A DNA stretch of 23,896 nt, counting the filler, from an uncultured virus (IMG/VR IMGVR_UViG_2124908030_000002) (lineage: Duplodnaviria; Heunggongvirae; Uroviricota; Caudoviricetes; Thumleimavirales; Hafunaviridae). It is 4 parts of one record of this genome, joined end to end, with 100 filler letters (N's around TTAATTAATTAA, not from the genome) between each part and the next. Parts side by side here need not be neighbours in the genome. Positions count along the whole stretch, not along the records: positions 2,890 to 22,705 come from IMGVR_UViG_2124908030_000002; positions 22,806 to 23,896 come from IMGVR_UViG_2124908030_000002; 2 more parts are not named here. One strand, written 5' to 3'. A program made the position numbers and the translations under genes. Within the stretch, counting starts at the first letter, position 1; each line of letters opens with the position of its first letter. The notes beneath the pieces were generated by a model that ran no database searches, was not told the origin of the DNA, and worked only from the letters and a program-made list of their open reading frames with translations. This document shows, piece after piece, positions 17,182 through 23,896 of the stretch.

Positions 17182-17690
17182 CAAATCCCTAACGCTGAAG
17201 CCTGCTCTTCTTCATCTACGACCCACTCTTCATCTTCCACATCGAGAACCCGGCCAGTCTCGAAGACAACTTCAGTCTCGTCTCGGACTTCGGTGATGCC
17301 GTAGATGCTTTCTTCTTCACCTTTGATGTAGGTCTTAAGTGAAGTAACATCAAGACTTTCATCACAACTCGGAGTGGTACACTTTGCCCGGCCTTTGGCG
17401 TAGCAACTGGTGTCGTTGATAAGAAGCCCCGACCTCGTTCTGATGGCCTCGATGTGACGGTAGTGCTTCAGCTTCCCTCTGCCATCAGGGTACTGAAGCC
17501 CGACGAGGTTCTTCGTTGAGGTGTAGAGCTTCACCGCATCCCCTGAAGTTGAGTGAGTTGGAAGGGCACCGTCTCCCCATTTCCGAGCAACTTCAGGTTG
17601 GTTCCCTGTTGCGCTGCTTACTTCATGATACACATCTGCCGGGTACTCTTCACCGTTCTCTGCTTGAATCGTACTTTGTTGTAGACTCAT
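17181..17690 (-). CDS. hypothetical protein (169 aa)
   Basis: Acidic ORF preceded by GGAGG. Confidence 0.8.
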   Translation of the reverse strand: MSLQQSTIQAENGEEYPADVYHEVSSATGNQPEVARKWGDGALPTHSTSGDAVKLYTSTKNLVGLQYPDGRGKLKHYRHIEAIRTRSGLLINDTSCYAKGRAKCTTPSCDESLDVTSLKTYIKGEEESIYGITEVRDETEVVFETGRVLDVEDEEWVVDEEEQASALGI

Positions 17691-17901
17691 CGTAGCCTCC
17701 GTATAACATCAGCAACTACCAACACTATCCTTTCAACCATAGTAGGGACGAGGGGGTTCTCGGTTTCAGCTTCTTCATTAACCGCATTAGGTTCATCCCT
17801 ATTGCTGTTATGTTGTATATATTATTACAACTATTGTTTGAACTACCATCGTCTATACTACCTTCTGTTTCCGTATCGATGAAGTCGTATGAATCGTTCA
17901 T
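17687..17901 (-). pseudogene. small AT-rich gene with a 2-nt frameshift in an (AT)n run
   Basis: Removing one AT near 17820 gives a 70-aa acidic ORF with ATGA overlaps at both ends. Confidence 0.55.
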
Positions 17902-18116
17902 TTTTCCACCAGAAGAACAAACTCTCCTTGGGTGCTGGCATGGGACTTTCCGGCCCACTTGAAATCATCCCTGAAGTGTTCAAGCCACGTCACTCTGATG
18001 TGCTGGACTCCGTTGTATGGGGCCGGAATGACGTAGTAGTCGATACCGGGAATGTCGGACTCTCTAACCGCAGCGATACCATCGAACTGTCGTAGTTCTT
18101 CAACAGGCTCACTCAT
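17898..18116 (-). CDS. hypothetical protein (72 aa)
   Basis: MSEPVEELR...; coupled start. Confidence 0.7.
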   Translation of the reverse strand: MSEPVEELRQFDGIAAVRESDIPGIDYYVIPAPYNGVQHIRVTWLEHFRDDFKWAGKSHASTQGEFVLLVEK

Positions 18117-18285
18117 TTTCTTCAGCCTCCTCTGCCGCAATCTCCACCAGCTCCTTCAGTTCATCCTGAGCATCTTCGAGCCGCTGAAGCTCTTCTCGTG
18201 GAAGGGAGTTCCACAAGATGGACAGCCCTTCGATGTATTCGTTCCACCGTTCTTCAAATTCTTCGCGGTTATCTGCTTGGGGCAT
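18109..18285 (-). CDS. hypothetical acidic helical protein (58 aa)
   Basis: MPQADNREE...; TAATG overlap. Confidence 0.7.
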   Translation of the reverse strand: MPQADNREEFEERWNEYIEGLSILWNSLPREELQRLEDAQDELKELVEIAAEEAEENE

Positions 18286-18806
18286 TAGAATCCTTCTCCG
18301 TCGATGTTTGCCATCCGCTGCGACTCTGTTTGCCACTCGCTCCGTGACTGAACCATCCTACTTCCTCCGTTAATGTTAGTGAAGGTGAAGGTCAGGGCCT
18401 CCATGTTAGTTTCTTCATCGTCCATCATCGGCCCTCCGTCAGCTTCTCCCCAAGCAATCTTTATGCCGTTCTCGTCTCCGGTAAGGCTGAACAGCTCCGC
18501 GAAAGCCATGAAGTTTGATGCTTCAGTCCACGTCAGGAAGAAGTGGTCGATGCCCACACTTCGCCGGTCCTTTGTTGTCTTCGTCATACGAACACCGTAG
18601 ATGGTGGTCTTGACTCTGGCGTTGACGTTTTCCTCGGGGTTCTCGGGTTCAACCGAGAAGTAGCAGCGAAGCGTCTGGTTCTCTGCGTCGTGAACCAGAT
18701 GGATGTAGTCACCGACGCCCTCTGATTCGAGGTTGACCCACTCACTAAGCGGGACTCTATCTACTACGTTATGCCCGTCGTCTTCGGCGTTCATGGTTTC
18801 ACTCAT
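18285..18806 (-). CDS. hypothetical protein (173 aa)
   Basis: MSETMNAED...; first gene after orphan RNA motif copy 1. Confidence 0.8.
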   Translation of the reverse strand: MSETMNAEDDGHNVVDRVPLSEWVNLESEGVGDYIHLVHDAENQTLRCYFSVEPENPEENVNARVKTTIYGVRMTKTTKDRRSVGIDHFFLTWTEASNFMAFAELFSLTGDENGIKIAWGEADGGPMMDDEETNMEALTFTFTNINGGSRMVQSRSEWQTESQRMANIDGEGF

Positions 18807-18825
18807 GGTTTCTCCGTTCCGCTGT

Positions 18826-18882
18826 CGCACCGCAGAGGGTAGTTCGGTCATGAGCCGAGGGGTCGTCAACCACCTACCCTAA
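18826..18882 (-). ncRNA. unassigned repeated structured RNA motif, copy 1
   Basis: AGGGUAG-GUGG(UUGACGA)CCC-CUCGG(CUCAUGA)CCGAA-CUACCCU-CUGCGGUGCG; homologous to 20712-20769. Confidence 0.7.
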
Positions 18883-18900
18883 CAATAGAAGCCTGTTGAC

Positions 18901-19086
18901 TTAACTCTTTGCTATCGCCTCGGAGGGGAACGCCGACCAGACCGCCGAGTTGGGGGCCTCGACCACCTTCCCGGTGTCTTTCAGTCGGATTTCGTAGTCT
19001 CTGCCGGACGACACGACCTCTCCCTCATGGGTCCCATCACCGGGAAGGTCAACGTAACAGAAGTCACCCTCTACGGGTCGAATCAT
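18901..19086 (-). CDS. small beta-rich hypothetical protein (61 aa)
   Basis: ATGA overlap and GGAGG upstream. Confidence 0.7.
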   Translation of the reverse strand: MIRPVEGDFCYVDLPGDGTHEGEVVSSGRDYEIRLKDTGKVVEAPNSAVWSAFPSEAIAKS

Positions 19087-19277
19087 CGTCGCCGCCCTCC
19101 CTTCAGCTCGTTGTCGTCGCCTAGCTCACAGTTAGAACAGATGAAGGCATCCAGTCCGTGGTCGTAGACATGGACCGTTCGGCCCCTACATCTTCGGCAC
19201 TCTCGCCGCTTCTCTTTGTGCTTCGGTGACTTGTCGAGTCGGTTCCGTCGTGTGACTTCAGGTCCTTCGTAGCTCAT
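19083..19277 (-). CDS. small basic zinc-ribbon protein (64 aa)
   Basis: CRRC...CSNC; ATGA overlap. Confidence 0.7.
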   Translation of the reverse strand: MSYEGPEVTRRNRLDKSPKHKEKRRECRRCRGRTVHVYDHGLDAFICSNCELGDDNELKGGRRR

Positions 19278-19861
19278 AGTTTTTCGCTGTAACAGCTTGC
19301 TCCGCAGCACTTCGACTGGTATCGCTCTGCCTTCTTCACCATCTTCGACCGCTTCATCTTGCCAGCAACCTTCTGGTCGCACCCTGAACAGAAGATTCCG
19401 TACTTGTGTTCCGTGAACTGCTGGCAGTTGACGGTGGTGTCTGCCTTCTCTGCCATCCGCTTGAAGCCTTCACCGTGGTCGCCTTCTCCGGTTTCCTGAT
19501 ACTGCCTGATGTGGATTAGCTCATGCCGGATGGTGCTTCGCATCTTATCCGACCATCCCCACTTCTCATAGGCTCTGTAAGCGAACCTGACGAAGTATTT
19601 CGTCGCCGTTGAACGCTTCATGCCGGCCTTCCCTGCGGCTCGCTTCAGCTGGCTGGACTGCTCGAAGGTCACGGTATCAAGCTCCACCGGCTTCAGGACT
19701 TCGTAGTTCTTGATGGCCCACTCAGCATACTCACGGCAGGCCACCCTGAACTGGTTCGGAGCCAGCTCGTCGCAGAAGGTGGGACACCCGGAACGCCCCG
19801 TGTCTTCATCCTTCTCTTCTTCAGGCCTCGCTGCTTCGAGGAATCGTTCGAGGTCTTCCAT
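19274..19861 (-). CDS. SprT-like zinc metalloprotease
   Basis: TIRHELIH (HExxH), GDHGEGFK, upstream RAAGKAG and C-terminal CSGC...KCCG. Confidence 0.85.
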   Translation of the reverse strand: MEDLERFLEAARPEEEKDEDTGRSGCPTFCDELAPNQFRVACREYAEWAIKNYEVLKPVELDTVTFEQSSQLKRAAGKAGMKRSTATKYFVRFAYRAYEKWGWSDKMRSTIRHELIHIRQYQETGEGDHGEGFKRMAEKADTTVNCQQFTEHKYGIFCSGCDQKVAGKMKRSKMVKKAERYQSKCCGASCYSEKL

Positions 19862-20073
19862 CAGATGTTCTTCGGGATACCATGAGCATCATACATCCCG
19901 TTGTCTTCGGCGTGTTCATCGTTCGGCCGGTTCTCGTTGTCCGGCTCGGGGCGGTCCACTTTGCCATGACGCCGTTCGAGGGTCTGGCCTGTGGTTCCCT
20001 CTCGTTGTGCTGTATCGACTTCATACTGCCAGAAGTCTCCGTTGTTCGTGAGGTCTTCGGGGTTGTCAGGCAT
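19861..20073 (-). CDS. hypothetical protein (70 aa)
   Basis: Acidic ORF with TGATG overlap. Confidence 0.7.
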   Translation of the reverse strand: MPDNPEDLTNNGDFWQYEVDTAQREGTTGQTLERRHGKVDRPEPDNENRPNDEHAEDNGMYDAHGIPKNI

Positions 20074-20074
20074 C

Positions 20075-20242
20075 TTAGTGTTGGCTGGCAGGTCGTTCTT
20101 CAGTTGGGACTCTGCTGAACTCGTCTCCGCCGCAGTCGGGGCACTCTAGGCTGATGTGACCACCGGGCATCCTCAGTTCGACCATCTCGTCACTTGTAAG
20201 GTCGATGCGACACTTCCGGCAGTTGAATAGGTTTTCACTCAT
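20075..20242 (-). CDS. CPxCG zinc-finger protein (55 aa)
   Basis: CRKC...CPDCGG. Confidence 0.8.
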   Translation of the reverse strand: MSENLFNCRKCRIDLTSDEMVELRMPGGHISLECPDCGGDEFSRVPTEERPASQH

Positions 20243-20399
20243 CTTCAGTAACTCCCGCGAACTTCGTTCTCTCACAGTCGGGGCACTTGTGGCGACCCTG
20301 ACTCTCGGTTAGTTCGACCAGCGTAGTGTCGTCAATCGGTCCTTCCCAACCACAGGGGATACACCGAACGACTAGGGTAGGGGCTTCGTCACTCATCAT
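20235..20399 (-). CDS. zinc-finger protein (54 aa, not in ORF track)
   Basis: MMSDEAPTLVVRCIPCGWEG...HKCPDCER...DE*; GAGGTG upstream. Confidence 0.75.
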   Translation of the reverse strand: MMSDEAPTLVVRCIPCGWEGPIDDTTLVELTESQGRHKCPDCERTKFAGVTEDE

Positions 20400-20499
20400 C
20401 GTTCTCCACCTCGTTCCCCCACTTCGTTTCGTCCCGCTTCTCCTGAAGTTCTCGCTCCTGTACCTCTTCGATGATGTCTTCGATGGTGTCTCCGTTCAT
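20389..20499 (-). CDS. small acidic protein (36 aa, not in ORF track)
   Basis: MNGDTIEDIIEEVQERELQEKRDETKWGNEVENDDE*; coupled at both ends. Confidence 0.65.
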   Translation of the reverse strand: MNGDTIEDIIEEVQERELQEKRDETKWGNEVENDDE

Positions 20500-20690
20500 G
20501 CTTCGTGGCTGAAGGTCGCCTTCTCTGAAGCCGTTACTGCCTTCGTCTCGTCTTCAGCTGCCGGGTCAGGACCGCCGAAGTCGGTGTTCGTGGAAGAAAA
20601 TTCGTCTTGTACCGAGAAGGCCGGGTCTTCCTCGTCCCGGTCATCGATGGGCTTCGCTACCGACAGGTCTTGCCGCCGTAGTTTTGACAT
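20496..20690 (-). CDS. hypothetical protein (64 aa)
   Basis: Strong Shine-Dalgarno-like GAGGTGA 6 nt upstream. Confidence 0.7.
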   Translation of the reverse strand: MSKLRRQDLSVAKPIDDRDEEDPAFSVQDEFSSTNTDFGGPDPAAEDETKAVTASEKATFSHEA

Positions 20691-20711
20691 TTCGTGTCAC
20701 CTCGAAGTCGC

Positions 20712-20769
20712 CGCACCGCAAGGGGTGATTCGGTCATGAGCCGAAGGGGTCGTTAGCCCTTCACCCTAA
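20712..20769 (-). ncRNA. unassigned repeated structured RNA motif, copy 2
   Basis: AGGGUGA-AGGG(CUAACGA)CCCC-UUCGG(CUCAUGA)CCGAA-UCACCCC-UUGCGGUGCG; closing stem covaries with copy 1. Confidence 0.7.
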
Positions 20770-20802
20770 GAGTCGATGCCTGAAGCCAAGAGTCTTACGA
20801 CT

Positions 20803-21996
20803 CTACAGCTGTTCGGCGGCTTCGGTGTAGCTGTCAGCCTTCCCACTTTCGACCCGGTACTGAACGCCCTGCTTCTCAAGGTCGCTGAGGCCGTAGGCTG
20901 CCACTATCTCTTCGAGAGTGGCGTCTTCGACACTCTTCTCGGTGTCGTCGTCGTCGGACTCTTGTGGTGTCGAAGTGTCGGCTTCGTCGGCTTCGTCGTC
21001 ACCATCTTCGGCTCTGATGCGCTGTTCGAGCCGTTCGGTGATGCTTCGGTCATCCTGAGCTTCCTCGGCCTGAAGGAGCTGACGGAGGGTTCGGACTCTG
21101 GTGATGTCGGTCAAGACACCCTTCACGTCTTTGACGGAGTGCTTCGAGATGAGGGTCGGGTCGCCACAAAGGACCTCCCGAAGCTCATCTTCCTCCATCG
21201 ACTTGCCGTAGTCGTTCTGGCTGTCGTCGGTGTCTTCGGTGTCGTCGTCGGCCTCTGACTCTTCGGTGTCGGAGGGGTTCTCGGTGTCAGGACCGAGGGT
21301 CGGAGTCCCCTGAAGCTCACCGTTCTTCTTACAGAAGGTGGCGTTCTCTATGTCCATCTCTTCGAGCATCTTCCCCATCTCCAACACTTCGTCGCCATCT
21401 TCAACGAGGAGAGGGAAGCTCTCACCGTTGAAGCAGGGGATGACAGGACCAACTATGTCCCTGAAGACCCCGAGGTTGCTAATGTCGATGCCCTGAGCTT
21501 CAAGCTCATCAACCTCATCTTCGGAGAGGGTTCGATGCTCGAAGGCCGGAAGGTCGGAGAATACGTCGAGGTAGGGAACATGGTTCACGTCGTCGTTGTC
21601 GTAGGGCTTCGGTGGGCTGTGGTCGGTGTCCCACCCCATGCCGTAGCCTTCGTTGAGGCTACCCTGTCGGTCGCCGAAGGTTGACTTCGCCAGCCGGTAG
21701 AGAAGGTCTAGCTTCTCCTGCTGGGTGGGGTTCGAGGCTTCTTCGACCAGCTCGGGGAAGTCGTCGAGGTCGCTGTTGTAGCGGTCGAAGCCATCGAAGA
21801 CATCGTAGAAGGCTCTGTCACCGAGGGCTTCGGTGATGGCGGTGACGAGGGGTGCGGTGTCGCCGAAGATGGCGTATCCTTCGGTGGACTCGTTCGGCTC
21901 GAAGGGGATGCCCCCTTCGTCGTTGTCGCTGCTGCTGGTGGTGGTGGTGTCGTTGCTACTCGAAGCTGCCGCCGAGAACGCTTTGTCGAAATTCAT
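20803..21996 (-). CDS. very acidic hypothetical protein (397 aa)
   Basis: Long ORF with D/E/T-rich linkers; first gene of the minus-strand run. Confidence 0.85.
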   Translation of the reverse strand: MNFDKAFSAAASSSNDTTTTSSSDNDEGGIPFEPNESTEGYAIFGDTAPLVTAITEALGDRAFYDVFDGFDRYNSDLDDFPELVEEASNPTQQEKLDLLYRLAKSTFGDRQGSLNEGYGMGWDTDHSPPKPYDNDDVNHVPYLDVFSDLPAFEHRTLSEDEVDELEAQGIDISNLGVFRDIVGPVIPCFNGESFPLLVEDGDEVLEMGKMLEEMDIENATFCKKNGELQGTPTLGPDTENPSDTEESEADDDTEDTDDSQNDYGKSMEEDELREVLCGDPTLISKHSVKDVKGVLTDITRVRTLRQLLQAEEAQDDRSITERLEQRIRAEDGDDEADEADTSTPQESDDDDTEKSVEDATLEEIVAAYGLSDLEKQGVQYRVESGKADSYTEAAEQL

Positions 21997-22008
21997 CGTT
22001 GTTCAGTT

Positions 22009-22705
22009 GTTACTCACTTCGCAGAGTAACCTCTCGCCTCTTCTACGCTCCTGAAGAGGGAAGGAGCCGGGGGTCGAAGGGGTTATAAATGGCTTCGACC
22101 CTAACCGGCAAAGCAAACTTCTGGCCTTTGCTATCGGTTGCGTTTCGTCATCACCGTAAGGACTGAAGCAGACTTCGGCTCCTCTCTCACTTCCTTTGTA
22201 GTCCGGAAGACCGATGAGAGACAGACTGAAACCCTGTAAGTCCCGTTCCGCCAGTTGTGTTGGTCGAAGGAGGTGAAACTCGCTAACTCTACTACCGAGG
22301 ATTCGAGGACTCTTCGACATTACCCGTAACTCCACCTCGTCGGGACATCCTTCGCAGGACCCCTAAGTGACGAAAGCTTCAACGTCCGGTTTTCCGTGGC
22401 GATTTTGGCTCTGAAACGGTGGTATCATGACCCTTTGCGTCGGTCGGTCTTCGTGGACTATCGAAGGGTTCAGGGTATGTCCCCTCCGAAACGTCACATC
22501 TGGTCTAGCACCGAACCCTCACAGCTGTTCGGTGCCGCTGTACCGCCGAAGGTTTTCAATAGAACCTTCAGCTGGCCTTTCCCTTAGCGACCCGACCCTT
22601 CCACCTTTGAGGGTTTCTGGCCGGTTACGATGGGGTCCATAATGGGGTAGTCACCTCTACCGAGGTGAACCCGCGATTCCGTTACCGAAGCGTTCGACTC
22701 TGCTT
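22009..22705 (+). ncRNA. candidate large structured non-coding RNA, part 1
   Basis: No credible ORF; more than 10 local and long-range nested helices with G-U pairs on the + strand. Confidence 0.5.
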
Positions 22706-22749
22706 NNNNNNNNNNNNNNNNNNNNNNNNNNNNNNNNNNNNNNNNNNNN

Positions 22750-22761
22750 TTAATTAATTAA
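22750..22761. other. artificial contig linker TTAATTAATTAA
   Basis: Six-frame stop linker flanked by N runs. Confidence 0.97.
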
Positions 22762-22805
22762 NNNNNNNNNNNNNNNNNNNNNNNNNNNNNNNNNNNNNNN
22801 NNNNN

Positions 22806-23475
22806 GCCCGTTGTCACCGTCCCATTTTTGCCCTTCTTACCACAGGCAAGGTCCGAAGACCAGCCGTGTACCGAAGGGCTACCATTTCCTTCGGGGTCCG
22901 AAACACCCCGAAGAGACATCGTGCGAGGGCCGAAAGCCCCCAAAGGCCCCCCACACCCCACAAAAGGGGGAGGGGACCAACCCCCCACACCTCACGACGC
23001 TGCGCCGCGTGTGTGCGAGATTGATGCCGACCGCGAGCGAGCCTGTTTAGACAGTATCCCCGGAACCATATAAACTCGTCGCTATCAGCAACTTGTCTGA
23101 GACTGCCGATTTGCCGGGGTAGGAGGCCAGATACGCCGATATAGTGGTTTTGCCGGAGTTGATAAGTGAGAGTAATAAACCGGCAACAAATGTAGCTACC
23201 CATAGCAAATCAGGACCCAAATCTCTAATCGTCGGTGACAGGACCAGTACCGACCGATTACAGCATCTGAGAGTCAATTCCTTTATACCGTGGTATCTCC
23301 GATTTTCCGGCGGTTGGTAATGTCTCTCACACCGGGTAAATCGGGGGGTCCTTCGCGCGCAGGAATCCCTTCGCTTCAAAGAAATTCCCGCGCGCGAAGG
23401 GGTTCCCCCCTTCTAATGCTGATACCGGGAAGGGCGGGGTGATTCAACCCCTTTAGAAGTGACTAGCCCTTCGTA
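22806..23475 (+). ncRNA. candidate large structured non-coding RNA or structured DNA region, part 2
   Basis: No credible ORF; dense nested inverted repeats. Confidence 0.4.
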
Positions 23476-23484
23476 GCGCGCGCG

Positions 23485-23494
23485 AAAAAAAAAA
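23485..23494 (-). terminator. oligo-T terminator
   Basis: T10 on the minus strand about 20 nt after the stop at 23515. Confidence 0.7.
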
Positions 23495-23514
23495 GAAGTG
23501 GACCGCTTCGAGTC

Positions 23515-23793
23515 TTAAGACTCGACTTCGTAAGCCGTCATCACCGTTTGGTTCTTCGGACTAATGCCAACCCGAAGGTCAGTCATTAGCCAAGTGTATT
23601 CGATGGTCAGTCCCCCCTTCGGCCCTCGGTCTTGGGTGACTTCGCCCTCTTCAATAGCCTCGGCTATCATATCCCACTCGATGACCTTCCGGTCCCCACC
23701 GTTCCGAAGTCTCTGTTTGAGGTGCCTCGTAGCCTCATAGTCCGAAGCATCACGACTCACCTCGACGCCGAAGTGTTCTTCGAGTTGGCTCAT
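23515..23793 (-). CDS. DUF4258-like protein
   Basis: ATRHLKQRLRN...IEWDMIAEAIEEG...VMTAY. Confidence 0.6.
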   Translation of the reverse strand: MSQLEEHFGVEVSRDASDYEATRHLKQRLRNGGDRKVIEWDMIAEAIEEGEVTQDRGPKGGLTIEYTWLMTDLRVGISPKNQTVMTAYEVES

Positions 23794-23896
23794 GCCTCAA
23801 CCTCCGATTCGACGTTGTTGAGGGTCAGCTTCCGGTGTTCCTCGGGGTCTTCGGGACGGAGGGTGTCGGGGTTGTTGACCCACTTGTGGTCTTCGT
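23790..23896 (-). CDS. 3' end of a gene (partial)
   Basis: ...EDHKWVNNPDTLRPEDPEEHRKLTLNNVESEVEA*, ATGA overlap with the next gene. Confidence 0.65.
   Translation of the reverse strand, partial: EDHKWVNNPDTLRPEDPEEHRKLTLNNVESEVEA

Noticed and set aside
18826..18882. Fluoride riboswitch or HDV-like ribozyme as the identity of the orphan motif
   Set aside because: GYURACGACCCCU resembles the fluoride riboswitch 3' part, but no upstream GAUGGGGUY partner exists. An HDV fold lacks a P2 3' strand and the catalytic-C junction
22200..22500. Group I intron or RNase P RNA
   Set aside because: Only loose P7-like words (GGACUA / UAUGUCC) with the wrong bulge and spacing; no GAGGAAAGUCC-type P4; no host exon
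1112..22805. TTAATTAATTAA repeated three times within N runs
   Set aside because: Artificial six-frame-stop contig linker; ORFs running into it or through N gaps are artefacts
22003..23379. ORFs listed in the non-coding region, and most antisense ORFs across the window
   Set aside because: Basic, Arg/Pro/Ser-rich or hydrophobic shadows lacking the acidic composition and coupling of the real genes
1..23896. CRISPR array, diversity-generating retroelement or IS element
   Set aside because: No regularly spaced repeats, reverse transcriptase or transposase; SNPs between the duplicated blocks are not adenine-specific

Overview
This is a fragment of a haloarchaeal tailed-virus (halovirus) genome, with GC-rich DNA and very acidic proteins. 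It consists of four contigs/scaffolds joined by artificial N-TTAATTAATTAA-N linkers, and the long scaffold has further internal N gaps. The left end (+ strand) carries a probable small terminase subunit and a portal gene. From ~22.0 kb down to ~3.2 kb there is one long minus-strand run of tightly overlapping accessory genes: a GHKL/rIIA-like ATPase, SprT-like protease, HNH endonuclease, dCTP deaminase/dUTPase, DUF932-like and DUF4258-like proteins, HTH and HhH proteins, and many small zinc-finger proteins. The key observation is that nearly every sizeable intergenic gap in this run is filled by a sense-strand structured RNA. There are three type II hammerhead ribozymes with a covarying pseudoknot, two mini-tRNA elements (acceptor stem plus T-arm) followed by a conserved leader, and two copies of an unassigned three-way-junction motif. 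Together they suggest an RNA 'punctuation' system that cuts a polycistronic viral mRNA into modules. A ~1.4 kb region with no credible ORF (22.0-23.5 kb) is densely base-paired, with G-U wobbles mostly favouring the + strand, and is a candidate large ncRNA. Two near-identical duplicated blocks look like co-assembled strain variants that differ by precise gene insertions. All family calls come from motif recognition by eye; no searches were run.
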